Part shown: one piece after another, positions 54,004 to 63,108 of the stretch
Numbering within the stretch: the stretch's first letter is position 1
How the letters are laid out: the number at the start of each line of letters is the position of its first letter
Program-made: the position numbers and the translations under genes
The notes under the pieces: generated by a model
Databases searched by the model: none
What the model was told of the DNA's origin: nothing
What the model saw: the letters and a program-made list of their open reading frames with translations, nothing else
Assembly: GCA_029261065.1 (NCBI GenBank)
Contig: JAJDCB010000024.1
Span: forward strand, 12,129 to 76,128
Direction: 5' to 3'
DNA length: 64,000 nt
DNA from: Candidatus Omnitrophota bacterium
GTDB taxonomy: Bacteria > Omnitrophota > Gorgyraeia > Zapsychrales > Zapsychraceae

Positions 54004-54046
54004 CCCCCGCATAAATAGTGATATCACTTATTCTATTTGTGCGGGG
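54004..54046 (+). terminator. Hairpin with CCCCGC/GCGGGG clamps downstream of the ferredoxin gene (probable transcription terminator)
   Basis: cccccgcataaatagtgat|atcacttattctatttgtgcgggg is an imperfect ~18-bp stem, followed by an A/T-rich tract. Confidence 0.4.
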
Positions 54047-54069
54047 TTAATCATTTAAGAGAATAGATT

Positions 54070-54567
54070 ATGTGGTTTTTCATGATTAGTTGTTATGTGA
54101 TGAGTTTGTTAACATTGCTCATGCTTTGTATTGGTTTTTTTCAGAGCTTTTTAAATTTTCACATCCTTAGTGCTAATCATGTGGTCTTTATGATTTTAAC
54201 CAGTATTATTTATTCCTTCACAGAAACGCTTGTGATCTTTTTCTTCGTCGGCACGGGAGTCAGTGTTAAGGAGTATGTGCGTGATCACAAAGTAGAGGGC
54301 GATTTCCATAAACGTTCTATTGCTATTAAAAGAATAGTCTATCCTCCCTTACTTATGAATATGCTTTATATGATTATCCTCTTCGTTCTCGTTGGTGCTG
54401 TGGATACCCTTCGTATTGCAGGTTGGATTTATTATGTGTTGTTTGCCTTTTGCATTATCGATTATGTACGCATAAAAGCCATACAAAACAAATGTTTTAA
54501 AGATAACACAGCAATCATTCTTGAGATGTCCGGGATTAAATCACCGCTCGTTACGGGAACGACTTAA
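54070..54567 (+). CDS. Hypothetical membrane protein
   Basis: 165 aa with 4-5 hydrophobic segments; no recognisable motif. Confidence 0.4.
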   Translation: MWFFMISCYVMSLLTLLMLCIGFFQSFLNFHILSANHVVFMILTSIIYSFTETLVIFFFVGTGVSVKEYVRDHKVEGDFHKRSIAIKRIVYPPLLMNMLYMIILFVLVGAVDTLRIAGWIYYVLFAFCIIDYVRIKAIQNKCFKDNTAIILEMSGIKSPLVTGTT

Positions 54568-54836
54568 AATTCAATGTATTTATTAGCGAAATGTGCCCAA
54601 GCTGCTGGTCTAACAATCATCCTCATTGATTTTTTACGAAACTTTCCTAATTTGATGAGTCGAACGATATTATGTGTAGGGATTGGAGTTTTCTTTTTTG
54701 GTTGGAGTATAAACAAATTTTTATTAAAAAAATAGCAACATGGCAAAATTACGAACTATTCTCAAATTTGACACGGGCGCTGATGGGTTTTTAAAGATGA
54801 TTTATGTCCTGGCTTTTCTTATGATACTTACCTTAG

Positions 54837-55199
54837 TTGTTGGTATTTATTTTGTCGTTACAACCTTTTAAAGATATGAATGAAATTTTTAAAAAATTAA
54901 AAGACAAATGGGCTATTACAAGCAATTGGCAATTTTTTGTCATAAATGTTGTTTTTGCATTGGCGGGTATGACAGTTGTTCTCGAACGTCGATTTGTTTT
55001 TGATATCTTTGGTATTACCCAATGGGCATTATGGGTTAAAATTTTTATTTACCTTCCTCTTATCTTTCCTCTCTATCAACTTAACTTGATCATCTTTGGC
55101 ACACTCTTAGGTCAGTTTTCTTTCTTTTGGGAAAAAGAAAAGCAGTTAATGCTATTGATGAAAAAAGTTTTAGCACGCGTTACTTTAAAAGACGTATAA
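54837..55199 (+). CDS. Hypothetical small membrane protein (true start possibly the internal Met, MNEIFKK...)
   Basis: 120 aa ORF with 2-3 TM segments. An additional unlisted 44-aa membrane ORF (MAKLRTILKFDTGADGFLKMIYVLAFLMILTLVVGIYFVVTTF) sits at ~54740-54871. Confidence 0.3.
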   Translation: MLVFILSLQPFKDMNEIFKKLKDKWAITSNWQFFVINVVFALAGMTVVLERRFVFDIFGITQWALWVKIFIYLPLIFPLYQLNLIIFGTLLGQFSFFWEKEKQLMLLMKKVLARVTLKDV

Positions 55200-55592
55200 C
55201 ATCAAATAGATAATGACACCCGTCACAGAAACATACATCCACGTCGGATATAACCATCGTGTTATCCTTACATGCTTATCAAATTGCCCCTTAATGGCAT
55301 GATAAACAGCAATAATGCAGGCTGGTACTATTAGGGCGGCTAGTGGTGTGTGGGTTAAAAGGATAGTAAAATATAAAACGCGTAAGAACCCTTCCTTTTT
55401 ATAGTAGGTCGGACCAGGGGATAAGTAATGATATGTTAAATAGGAACATAAGAAAAGACCTGAGGCTATAAGCGCGCAAACCATAAAGTTGCGATGCAGA
55501 TCCCTTCTCCCCCTTTTTATCGAACAATACCCTAGAAATAAAAAAAGACCTGCTGTAAGGTTTAAGCAGGCGTTAAGAGTTGGCAGGTGCAT
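55185..55592 (-). CDS. DUF420-like 4-TM membrane protein often found with heme-copper oxidase clusters
   Basis: 135 aa; four TM helices with conserved His residues. Positioned at the distal end of the cox/cta/sco cluster. Confidence 0.45.
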   Translation of the reverse strand: MHLPTLNACLNLTAGLFLFLGYCSIKRGRRDLHRNFMVCALIASGLFLCSYLTYHYLSPGPTYYKKEGFLRVLYFTILLTHTPLAALIVPACIIAVYHAIKGQFDKHVRITRWLYPTWMYVSVTGVIIYLMLYVF

Positions 55593-55593
55593 A

Positions 55594-56187
55594 CTATCTT
55601 TCTTTGGCTAATTGGGCGGCATCTTTAAAGAGTTTATTTAGGGCTTGTGTATTTGTACCGTCATAATAACCGCGTATTAAACCATGTCGATCAACTAATG
55701 AAAAATAGGAACTATGAAAAATAGGTTTTTCAATGGATCCTAATTTAAAACTATTAATAACAACATCTCTTATATCTTCCCTCTCACCGGTTAAAAAATG
55801 CCACTTACCATCCTCTTTTCTGTGCTTTTGTGCATAAGCTTTCATAACCTCAACATTATCGTATTCGGGATTTACAGAAATAGAAACTAATTCGACACCA
55901 GCTACGTGTTCAAAGGTTTTATATAATTTTGTCATATTTTTTGTCATTACTGGACAAATATCAGCACACGTTGTAAAGAAAAAATCTGCAATCCATACCT
56001 TATCAGTTAATTCTTTTAAACCAAAGTTTTTCCCTTCCGTCGTGGTTAAAGAAAAGGGATTAACTTGACCCAGGACTGGTATCTGTTCTCGTTTTACCTC
56101 TTGGACAAACGAATACACAGTAAAACTAACAAATAATAAGGTGATAAAAATACTTGCTGAAATAATAAGGATTTTTTTTGATTTCAT
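55594..56187 (-). CDS. SCO1/SenC-family copper chaperone (thioredoxin fold)
   Basis: 197 aa; N-terminal membrane anchor, CADICP (CxxxCP) copper-binding motif and a conserved downstream His. Confidence 0.85.
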   Translation of the reverse strand: MKSKKILIISASIFITLLFVSFTVYSFVQEVKREQIPVLGQVNPFSLTTTEGKNFGLKELTDKVWIADFFFTTCADICPVMTKNMTKLYKTFEHVAGVELVSISVNPEYDNVEVMKAYAQKHRKEDGKWHFLTGEREDIRDVVINSFKLGSIEKPIFHSSYFSLVDRHGLIRGYYDGTNTQALNKLFKDAAQLAKER

Positions 56188-56190
56188 GAT

Positions 56191-57060
56191 TTAAAATTGA
56201 ACGTCACAAATAATGAGAATAAATAATAAAGGTAGATAAATAACAGTGGCTCTTAAAAGCTTTCGCGCATCACAATCTGATTGTGTATTAATAAAAATTT
56301 GACTGACAAAAAACATACCAATTCCTAAAATAGCAGCTCCAAAAAAATATAATCGTCCGGTTAACCCAATAAAAGAAGGTATGAGCGAAATAGGAACGAG
56401 TAAGAGTGAGAAAACAAATATTTGAAAGAAAGTCATCTCACCATTTTTATCAATACAGGGAAGCATTTGGTATCCTCCCTTTTTATAATCCTCTTTATAC
56501 AACCAACCAATGGCATAAAAGTGTGGATGTTGCCAAAGAAATAGAATTGTAAATAAGACCCACGCTCCATAATCCACCTCTCCTGTGGCCGCTGTCCAAC
56601 CACCCATTGGCGGCAAAGCACCTGGAATAGCACCAACGGTTGTATTTAACCAAGACATTCTTTTTAAAGGGGTGTAAATGACAATATATAAAAAACAAGT
56701 TAAAAGACTGATAAATGCGGTTAGTAAATTGATTTGTGTTTGTAAAATGATAATTCCACTTAAAACTAAAATTACACCGAAATTAAGGGCTTCTGAAGGA
56801 GTTAATGTTTTGCTTGGTAACGGCCGTGATTTCGTACGGTCCATCTTGGCATCATATTCTCTTTCCAAAAAGTGGTTTAGGGTAGATGACCCACCACAAA
56901 CCAAACCAGAGCCAAGCAATAACCAAAAGAAATGTAAATAAGAAGGAATGCCTTGAGCGGCAAGATAATAACCTAAGGCGGTTGTTATGAGCACAAGGAG
57001 AAGAATTCTTGGTTTCGTTAATTCTAAATACGCTAATAATTTTTTTTTATTAATAGACAC
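56191..57060 (-). CDS. ctaB: Protoheme IX farnesyltransferase (heme O synthase, UbiA family)
   Basis: 289 aa; UbiA-superfamily membrane protein of the CyoE/CtaB type. Sits between sco1 and ctaA. Confidence 0.85.
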   Translation of the reverse strand: MSINKKKLLAYLELTKPRILLLVLITTALGYYLAAQGIPSYLHFFWLLLGSGLVCGGSSTLNHFLEREYDAKMDRTKSRPLPSKTLTPSEALNFGVILVLSGIIILQTQINLLTAFISLLTCFLYIVIYTPLKRMSWLNTTVGAIPGALPPMGGWTAATGEVDYGAWVLFTILFLWQHPHFYAIGWLYKEDYKKGGYQMLPCIDKNGEMTFFQIFVFSLLLVPISLIPSFIGLTGRLYFFGAAILGIGMFFVSQIFINTQSDCDARKLLRATVIYLPLLFILIICDVQF

Positions 57061-58024
57061 GGGAAACTAACCTTTTAAAGCCTGAGCATGTTAAAGGAGA
57101 AGATCTTAAAATTAGAAGAAATGTAACACCTAAGATACTAGCGCCTATAACGACATGGAGACTTGTAATAATGGGCGATTTTAATGTAAAGATTGTCATG
57201 ACCCCTAATAGAATTTGCAAAATAATGAGGGTATCAAGTGCGTATATTGTTTTTCTAATAGTCGTATCTTTATAGTATTTTAGTCCTATCACATTGACAA
57301 AGCAAATGGCAATACAAATAAATAAAGCGCCTATGCGATGGGAAAAATGAATTATGATTTGTCCCATTTTGACGGGATCAAAATCATTATCAAAACGCCA
57401 ACTGTTAATAATATAGAGCAATTCATCATCAAAGAGCGGCAACCATTTCCCTCCAACTGTCGGAAAATCATATATAGCAAGACCAGAATGCGTGTGTCTC
57501 ATAATAGCACCTAGGAGAAGCTGAATATAGATAAGGATGAGAAAGCTAAAAGTCACCTTTAAAAACAAGGCACTTCTCTTTCGTTCTAAATAATCTCTGT
57601 CTGACCTTTCATCTGAAAGACTGTAAGCGATAAAAATGGTTATTAAAAAAAATGTTTGGGCAAGTATGCCATGAGAAACAGATATGGCTGTAGGAAGAAA
57701 AAATAATACAGTTAATCCTCCAAGGACACCTTGAAGGATAACGGCAAATAGACCAACAGCGCCCACAATCTTTAACCATTTACGTTGATCTTTCACAATT
57801 ATCCAAATGGCCAGGATAAGCATACACAATCCCACAAAACTCGCCACCATACGGTGTCCGTGTTCATAAAAGACCCCTCCAATCATAGGTGGAAATAATG
57901 TCCCATAAGACAAAGGCCAATCAGGAACTGCAAGACCAGATCCTGTACTTGTCACCATGCCTCCAACAAATATGAGAAAAAAGGTAGAAAAACAGGTAAA
58001 TTTTGAAAGATGTTTAAGCCACAT
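57050..58024 (-). CDS. ctaA: Heme A synthase (CtaA/COX15 family)
   Basis: 324 aa; 8-TM protein with conserved His pairs (HRxxA, HxxH-like) typical of COX15/CtaA. Confidence 0.7.
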   Translation of the reverse strand: MWLKHLSKFTCFSTFFLIFVGGMVTSTGSGLAVPDWPLSYGTLFPPMIGGVFYEHGHRMVASFVGLCMLILAIWIIVKDQRKWLKIVGAVGLFAVILQGVLGGLTVLFFLPTAISVSHGILAQTFFLITIFIAYSLSDERSDRDYLERKRSALFLKVTFSFLILIYIQLLLGAIMRHTHSGLAIYDFPTVGGKWLPLFDDELLYIINSWRFDNDFDPVKMGQIIIHFSHRIGALFICIAICFVNVIGLKYYKDTTIRKTIYALDTLIILQILLGVMTIFTLKSPIITSLHVVIGASILGVTFLLILRSSPLTCSGFKRLVSRVY

Positions 58025-58055
58025 GATAAAAATGATGTTTTTTAAAATTTATTTA

Positions 58056-58082
58056 GGAATTTCGAAGCTTTAACGAAATTCC
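58056..58082 (-). terminator. Perfect 9-bp stem hairpin (GGAATTTCG-AAGCTTTAA-CGAAATTCC) between coxII and ctaA; possible terminator or attenuator
   Basis: Seen directly. On the minus strand it is followed by an A/T-rich stretch (TAAATAAATTTT). Confidence 0.3.
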
Positions 58083-58187
58083 AGGTTGGTTTAATAACCC
58101 GTAGCTTGCTGCGGATAATTGAGTCCAGAGCATACCCTGGGTTTAATACCTTGAGTAAATGAATGTAAGCTTAGAAAATGGTGCGTA

Positions 58188-59039
58188 TTAATTCCAAAAG
58201 TCATCGTATCCATCATCGCCAGCACCACCACCCGATCCACCAGATGACGCCGATGCATTGCTGGCAAGCCATGAGTTAAACTTATCTTCATGATGAATGG
58301 TAAGTTTTCCGCGCATGTAGTAATGACCGATACCACATAGTTGTGCGCAGGCAATCTCCGATGTTCCACTTTTGGTTGGTGTAAACCACGTGGGGATACT
58401 CATTCCAGGAATAATATCCTGTTTGACTCGCATTGTAGGAAGTCCAAAACTATGCATTACATCTTTAGAAGTGAGATGTACAATAGCGGGTTTGCCAATT
58501 GGTAGGTGTAGTTGATTTATCGTAGTAAAATCATCATCTCCATTTGGGTCGTTTGGATCAAGTCCTAAGGGATTGGATTGTTTATCAAAATAAGTATTAG
58601 ACGATTTACCAAAAGTTTTGTCTTCACCTGGATAATGAACATTCCAGGCAAATTGTTCGGCGACAACCCTCACCTCAACTTTATCATCTCTCTGAGGATA
58701 GTTATTAACCTGTTTATTCCAGTAAGGAATAGAAAAACCTACTAATAAAATAACTTCTAAGGTAACAACGCCAATTTCAATATAACTAGATATATGATTT
58801 TTGACGCCATGGTAATTAGCACCCTTGTTTTTTTGTTGCCTAAACTTAACTAAGGTTAAAGTAAAAAAGATTGCCCAACCCACAAAAAGAAATAACATCA
58901 GATAGTGAACTAAATACATAACAAAGTCAATTTCCTGAGCATGAGATGATCCGACTTCAGGTAGTCGAAACGTTAAGAGCTTCAGCGTTTCAGGAGAGAA
59001 TGCATTTTGAAATTTTTGAAATAGAGTAGTTGTTTCCAT
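58188..59039 (-). CDS. coxB: Cytochrome c oxidase subunit II (CuA-containing)
   Basis: 283 aa; two N-terminal TM helices and a cupredoxin domain with CuA ligands H...CAQLCGIGHYYM. No fused cytochrome c domain. Confidence 0.85.
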   Translation of the reverse strand: METTTLFQKFQNAFSPETLKLLTFRLPEVGSSHAQEIDFVMYLVHYLMLFLFVGWAIFFTLTLVKFRQQKNKGANYHGVKNHISSYIEIGVVTLEVILLVGFSIPYWNKQVNNYPQRDDKVEVRVVAEQFAWNVHYPGEDKTFGKSSNTYFDKQSNPLGLDPNDPNGDDDFTTINQLHLPIGKPAIVHLTSKDVMHSFGLPTMRVKQDIIPGMSIPTWFTPTKSGTSEIACAQLCGIGHYYMRGKLTIHHEDKFNSWLASNASASSGGSGGGAGDDGYDDFWN

Positions 59040-59045
59040 AGAATT

Positions 59046-59288
59046 TTATTTTATTGATAATTTTGATTTTCGAGCGCAATTAATAAAAAATTTAATAAAT
59101 AACGCAAAAACAGCCATCAAAACTAATAATAACGCAATAATACCTAGTCGTAAGGCCTTGTTGGCGGAGCTATTAGGATCTCCATAAAAGCAAATGCTAC
59201 AAGCCTGAGCTGCAACAGGAAATAGGAGTGTGAATAAATAACACCAACTAAGCGATAACTTTTTTAAAAGTTTTAAAACCATAAACAA
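59046..59288 (-). CDS. Small membrane protein in the cox cluster (function unknown)
   Basis: 80-aa ORF (likely shorter, from MVLKLL...); signal/TM segment, CSIC motif, second TM. Confidence 0.3.
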   Translation of the reverse strand: MFMVLKLLKKLSLSWCYLFTLLFPVAAQACSICFYGDPNSSANKALRLGIIALLLVLMAVFALFIKFFINCARKSKLSIK

Positions 59289-59442
59289 TTAGTCCTATCC
59301 CTATAAATATAGAAATAATACTTGTTACGATATAACCCGTTTGAGATTTTTGAGCAAATTGTTGAAAAGCCCAAAATCCAAAAAATAAACTCAACAAACA
59401 CGAGGCTGATATGAAAATCAAATGAAAGCCTTTAAGATCCAT
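59248..59442 (-). CDS. Small 2-TM membrane protein in the cox cluster (function unknown)
   Basis: 64 aa, two hydrophobic helices; overlaps neighbours. Confidence 0.3.
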   Translation of the reverse strand: MDLKGFHLIFISASCLLSLFFGFWAFQQFAQKSQTGYIVTSIISIFIGIGLIVYGFKTFKKVIA

Positions 59443-59830
59443 GATGATCCTCTACAATTTTGTCATGATTCGCTTCTGTCTCTTCAAGGTGATTGCCTGT
59501 GCCATGGTTTGAATTTCTAAACTCTTGTTTAAAATAAACAGTCCCTTCGGGAAGATCATATTTAGCTGCAACCGTTAACAACAGCATTCCAACAAAAAAA
59601 ATGCCCGTAAATATTAAAATGACATAAATAATCTTTTTTTCAGCAATCAAATGCATGAAAAATGAAGCAACTAAAGAGGCTTTAGCCGTTGCGATGATCA
59701 AAGCAACAACAACAGCCGCTGCAACACCAATATTCAAATCCGATGCCTTCAATGTTAAGAATGTCAGTGCCATCAAAGCAACAAAAACCAGATAGAACCT
59801 TTTTATCTCTTTGTTGATGTCGTGTGCCAT
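59432..59830 (-). CDS. Cytochrome c oxidase subunit IV-like (prokaryotic CoxIV/CtaF family)
   Basis: Start taken at the internal Met (MAHDINKEIKRFYLVFVALMALTFLT...). Three TM helices and the ~100-aa size fit bacterial subunit IV; located directly after coxIII. Confidence 0.45.
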   Translation of the reverse strand: MAHDINKEIKRFYLVFVALMALTFLTLKASDLNIGVAAAVVVALIIATAKASLVASFFMHLIAEKKIIYVILIFTGIFFVGMLLLTVAAKYDLPEGTVYFKQEFRNSNHGTGNHLEETEANHDKIVEDHHGS

Positions 59831-59840
59831 AAAAACCTTT

Positions 59841-60434
59841 TTATAGTAAATACAAAACTGGAAAAAGAAATATCCAAACAAGATCCACAAAATGCCAGTA
59901 TAGACCAACAACTTCTAATCGATTGGTAAACTGAATGGGGTTTGTCTTCCACATCTTGGCTCCGGGGCCCCATAAATAAACCAACACGATGATGCCACCG
60001 ACGATATGCAATGCATGCAATCCTGTTAATGTAAAATAGATCGCATAGTAGGTGTTTTCTTTCGGAAATATGCCATGGCTAAATTTGGCAGAATATTCAA
60101 CACTTTTGATACACATAAATGCTAACGCACAAAGTATCGTTAGCCCTAACATTAATCGAAACTTACCAAAATTATTTTGTTTTAAAGCGGCCCAGGACAA
60201 CAACATGGTGACACTTGATGTGATAAGGACAACCGTATTAATCGCACCAAGAGGAACATTTAGAGTTTCTGAGCCAACAGGCCAATAAACAGCACCAACA
60301 CGCATTAAAATGTAGGCTGAAAACAAAGCCCCAAACAACATGACTTCAGAAGCTAGAAATAACCATATCCCAAATTTGGCATTATAAAGCCCTGTGTCTT
60401 CGCGTTCTTCGAATGTATAAGGAATCGTGTCCAT
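59841..60434 (-). CDS. coxC: Cytochrome c oxidase subunit III
   Basis: 197 aa; 5-TM short-form subunit III with conserved HxxHV and W..VDxVW motifs. Confidence 0.8.
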   Translation of the reverse strand: MDTIPYTFEEREDTGLYNAKFGIWLFLASEVMLFGALFSAYILMRVGAVYWPVGSETLNVPLGAINTVVLITSSVTMLLSWAALKQNNFGKFRLMLGLTILCALAFMCIKSVEYSAKFSHGIFPKENTYYAIYFTLTGLHALHIVGGIIVLVYLWGPGAKMWKTNPIQFTNRLEVVGLYWHFVDLVWIFLFPVLYLL

Positions 60435-60446
60435 TAACTGTAACCT

Positions 60447-62195
60447 TTATCGTATATGTTCTTCTGATTGAGGTGTAAAATCGTCTTTAGCCCCTGGTAC
60501 GCTATATTCATAAGGACCGCGATAAACAACCATTTCTTTTGTAAAATTGCCGTGAGGCGGCGGTGTTGGTGTTTGCCATTCAAGGGTTGTTGCATTCCAA
60601 GGGTTATCAGACTCAACTTTTTTACCAGCAAACATACTCCAAAAAAAGTTAATGATAAATGGAATCTGACCAATGGCCAAAAACCAAGCGCCCCAAGAAA
60701 TTAATTCATTTAAAGCAAAGATCTCTTGTCCATGTTCATAACCAATGCCTCCATCATAAAGACGTCTTGACACCCCCGCTAATCCTTGGACGAGCATAGG
60801 AAAAAAGATGATATTCATACAAATTAGTGATGGCCAAAAATGAAGATGACCTAAAAATTCATTCATTTTTCGTCCTGTTGCTTTAGGGAACCAAAAGTAA
60901 ATCCCAGCAAAAAGCGCAAATATTGTTCCAGGGGCAACAACATAATGAAAATGTCCAATAACATAATAAGTGTCATGCAAGTGAACGTCTGTAATAGCAA
61001 TACCAAGAGGTAATCCCGTTAAACCACCAATTCCAAACATAGGTAAAAATGTGATTGCAAAAAGCATCGGCGTGTTAAATCTAATAGATCCGCCCCAAAA
61101 TGAAATAAACAAAGCCGTTAAAATAATAATAGATGGAATCGAGATGATCATAGTGGTGGCTTGAAAAAAGGAACTGATAGCGGTCCCCATCCCCGTGATG
61201 TACATGTGATGCGCCCACACGATAAATGACATAAATCCAAGAAAGATAACAGAATAAACCATGGATTTATATCCCCACAATGGTTTACGTGTATTATTAG
61301 CAATAATTTCTGCGACAATACCCATACCTGGCAACGTCAAAACGTAAACCTCAGGATGCGCTAAAAACCAAAACAGATGTTGCCATAAAAGAACACTTCC
61401 TCCCCCACTATATTCAACTAATTCTTGGCCACTAACAAGTAAACCACTAGGAATAAAAAAGCTGGTGTGTGCTAAGCGGTCCATGATTTGTAAAACAGCT
61501 GCTCCTAATAAAGGTGGAAAAGCTAAAAGTAGCAAAAATGAAGTAATAAGCTGCGCCCAGACAAAAAATGGTAATCGCATGAAAGTCAGACCTTTGACGC
61601 GTAATTGAAATATAGTAACAATAATGTTGATGGACCCTAATAACGAGGATTGAATGAGAAAGGCCATTCCAAACAACCAAACGGTTTGTCCTTGTGTTGC
61701 AATGACGGATAACGGTGGATAAGCCGTCCAACCCGAATTGGCCGCCCCTCCTGGCAGAAAAAAACTAAACAACATAATACATCCACCCACAAAATATAAC
61801 CAGTAGCTGGCCATGTTTAATCGCGGGAAAGCCATATCAGGAGCCCCGATCTGTAGAGGAACAACAAAATTTCCAAATGCACCAACGGCCAATGGCACAA
61901 CACCTAAAAAGATCATGATAGTTCCATGCATAGCGCCTAATTCGTTATAGAATTCGGGAAGCATAATCCCACCTGGTAAACGCGTGTGATCATCACCAAA
62001 AAGTTTGAGTAAAATATCCGGTAGTGGCAAAGGTTGTTCTGGGTAAGCCAATTGCCAACGCATAAGCATCATTAATCCAAAACCAAATAACAAAAAGACT
62101 AAGGCTGTAATGCCATATTGAATACCAATAACTTTATGATCAGTTGAAAATATATATTTTTTCCAAAAAGGTAATTTAGGATGAGAATCACTCAT
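60447..62195 (-). CDS. coxA: Cytochrome c oxidase subunit I (heme-copper oxidase catalytic subunit)
   Basis: 582 aa; canonical heme a / heme a3-CuB ligands (WAHHMY..., HxH pairs, GHFHYV). Confidence 0.9.
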   Translation of the reverse strand: MSDSHPKLPFWKKYIFSTDHKVIGIQYGITALVFLLFGFGLMMLMRWQLAYPEQPLPLPDILLKLFGDDHTRLPGGIMLPEFYNELGAMHGTIMIFLGVVPLAVGAFGNFVVPLQIGAPDMAFPRLNMASYWLYFVGGCIMLFSFFLPGGAANSGWTAYPPLSVIATQGQTVWLFGMAFLIQSSLLGSINIIVTIFQLRVKGLTFMRLPFFVWAQLITSFLLLLAFPPLLGAAVLQIMDRLAHTSFFIPSGLLVSGQELVEYSGGGSVLLWQHLFWFLAHPEVYVLTLPGMGIVAEIIANNTRKPLWGYKSMVYSVIFLGFMSFIVWAHHMYITGMGTAISSFFQATTMIISIPSIIILTALFISFWGGSIRFNTPMLFAITFLPMFGIGGLTGLPLGIAITDVHLHDTYYVIGHFHYVVAPGTIFALFAGIYFWFPKATGRKMNEFLGHLHFWPSLICMNIIFFPMLVQGLAGVSRRLYDGGIGYEHGQEIFALNELISWGAWFLAIGQIPFIINFFWSMFAGKKVESDNPWNATTLEWQTPTPPPHGNFTKEMVVYRGPYEYSVPGAKDDFTPQSEEHIR

Positions 62196-62202
62196 AAGTT
62201 AT

Positions 62203-62922
62203 TTACTTTTTTCCTGGGCGTGAAAATGAAAAGTTGACTTCCTTGGTTTCCCCTTCAGCTAAAGTTACAGAAACACGTTTTGGGTCTAAACGTTGCTGAA
62301 CGGCCTCAATAACATAAGTTCCCGCTGGCAAATTATCGATTGTAAATTTACCATCATCGCCTGTGACGTTATAAAAAGGATGTTTCAAAACATTGCCATA
62401 TGTGACCATCCAAGGATGAACATCACATTTGATTTGAAACATGAATTCTTCTTCTTTAAAAGTTTTTGTCGTTTCTTTGCGAAATTTGGGCATGGCCAAA
62501 TTGAATTCGGGATTCTTTTTTGATAAACAATGCACGTTATGTAACGTGCCGTCTGGATTAAGAATTTTTAAAGGTTGGCCGACTTGAATGCCAAAAATAG
62601 GAGGATCGTACATACATCCTTTTTGGTCAAGGACAACAGGTTCTGTAGGAGTCGGATAATCTTTATTGGGGACGCCTTCAGCGATATGAATAAAGACGTT
62701 AGCCATTTCATTATTTTCACCTAATGTGATAGATTGTCCAACAACCTCTCCCGAATGATGCGTTAAACATATAGGATCCGCATCCATCTTTATGGGACGT
62801 AATTTGGGTTTTTTACCATCATAAATCACTTGACCTGTAATACTTGCTGAGAAAGCTGTAGAAATAAAAATAAGTTGAAGCCCAAGAAACACTCCAACCT
62901 TTACTAATTTTTTTGTATTCAT
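62203..62922 (-). CDS. Secreted cupredoxin-like (type-1 copper site-like CxxHxxM) protein with C-terminal beta-sandwich (carboxypeptidase-regulatory-like) domain
   Basis: Start at the internal Met (MNTKKLVKVGVFLGL...; AAGGA SD 4 nt upstream), which gives a signal peptide. QIKCDVHPWM resembles the amicyanin/pseudoazurin CTPHPFM copper site, with an upstream His (TLHNVH). C-terminal GKFTIDNLPAGTYVIEA beta-sandwich. Confidence 0.45.
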   Translation of the reverse strand: MNTKKLVKVGVFLGLQLIFISTAFSASITGQVIYDGKKPKLRPIKMDADPICLTHHSGEVVGQSITLGENNEMANVFIHIAEGVPNKDYPTPTEPVVLDQKGCMYDPPIFGIQVGQPLKILNPDGTLHNVHCLSKKNPEFNLAMPKFRKETTKTFKEEEFMFQIKCDVHPWMVTYGNVLKHPFYNVTGDDGKFTIDNLPAGTYVIEAVQQRLDPKRVSVTLAEGETKEVNFSFSRPGKK

Positions 62923-63012
62923 TTTGTCCTTAAAAACGGCTAATAGTTTAATTTCCCTTAAACTACTATATGCGCAATCCGTTGTCAAGAAAGGTTTTAG
63001 ATATTTTTACTA

Positions 63013-63092
63013 TCCCCGCGAATACTCCAGCCGGCTGGAATATTCGCGAGGATAATAAATCTTAAACATGTCATCCCCGCGAAAGCGGGGAT
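63013..63092. repeat. Two adjacent palindromes sharing an ATCCCCGCGAA core: a 41-bp imperfect IR (63013-63053) and a perfect TCCCCGC-GAAA-GCGGGGA hairpin (63073-63092)
   Basis: Seen directly in the intergenic space between the vWA gene stop and the cupredoxin-like gene start. Neither is followed by a T-run. Confidence 0.5.
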
Positions 63093-63108
63093 CCATAGAT
63101 AGTAATAT

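Noticed and set aside
54564-54746. 60-aa minus-strand ORF between the membrane-protein genes
   Set aside because: Arg/Lys-rich, low-complexity translation with no start context. The region is more plausibly the promoter or 5' region for the + strand small membrane ORFs.
58091-58369. 92-aa ORF overlapping the 3' end of coxII
   Set aside because: Out-of-frame overlap with a well-supported CuA-domain CDS.
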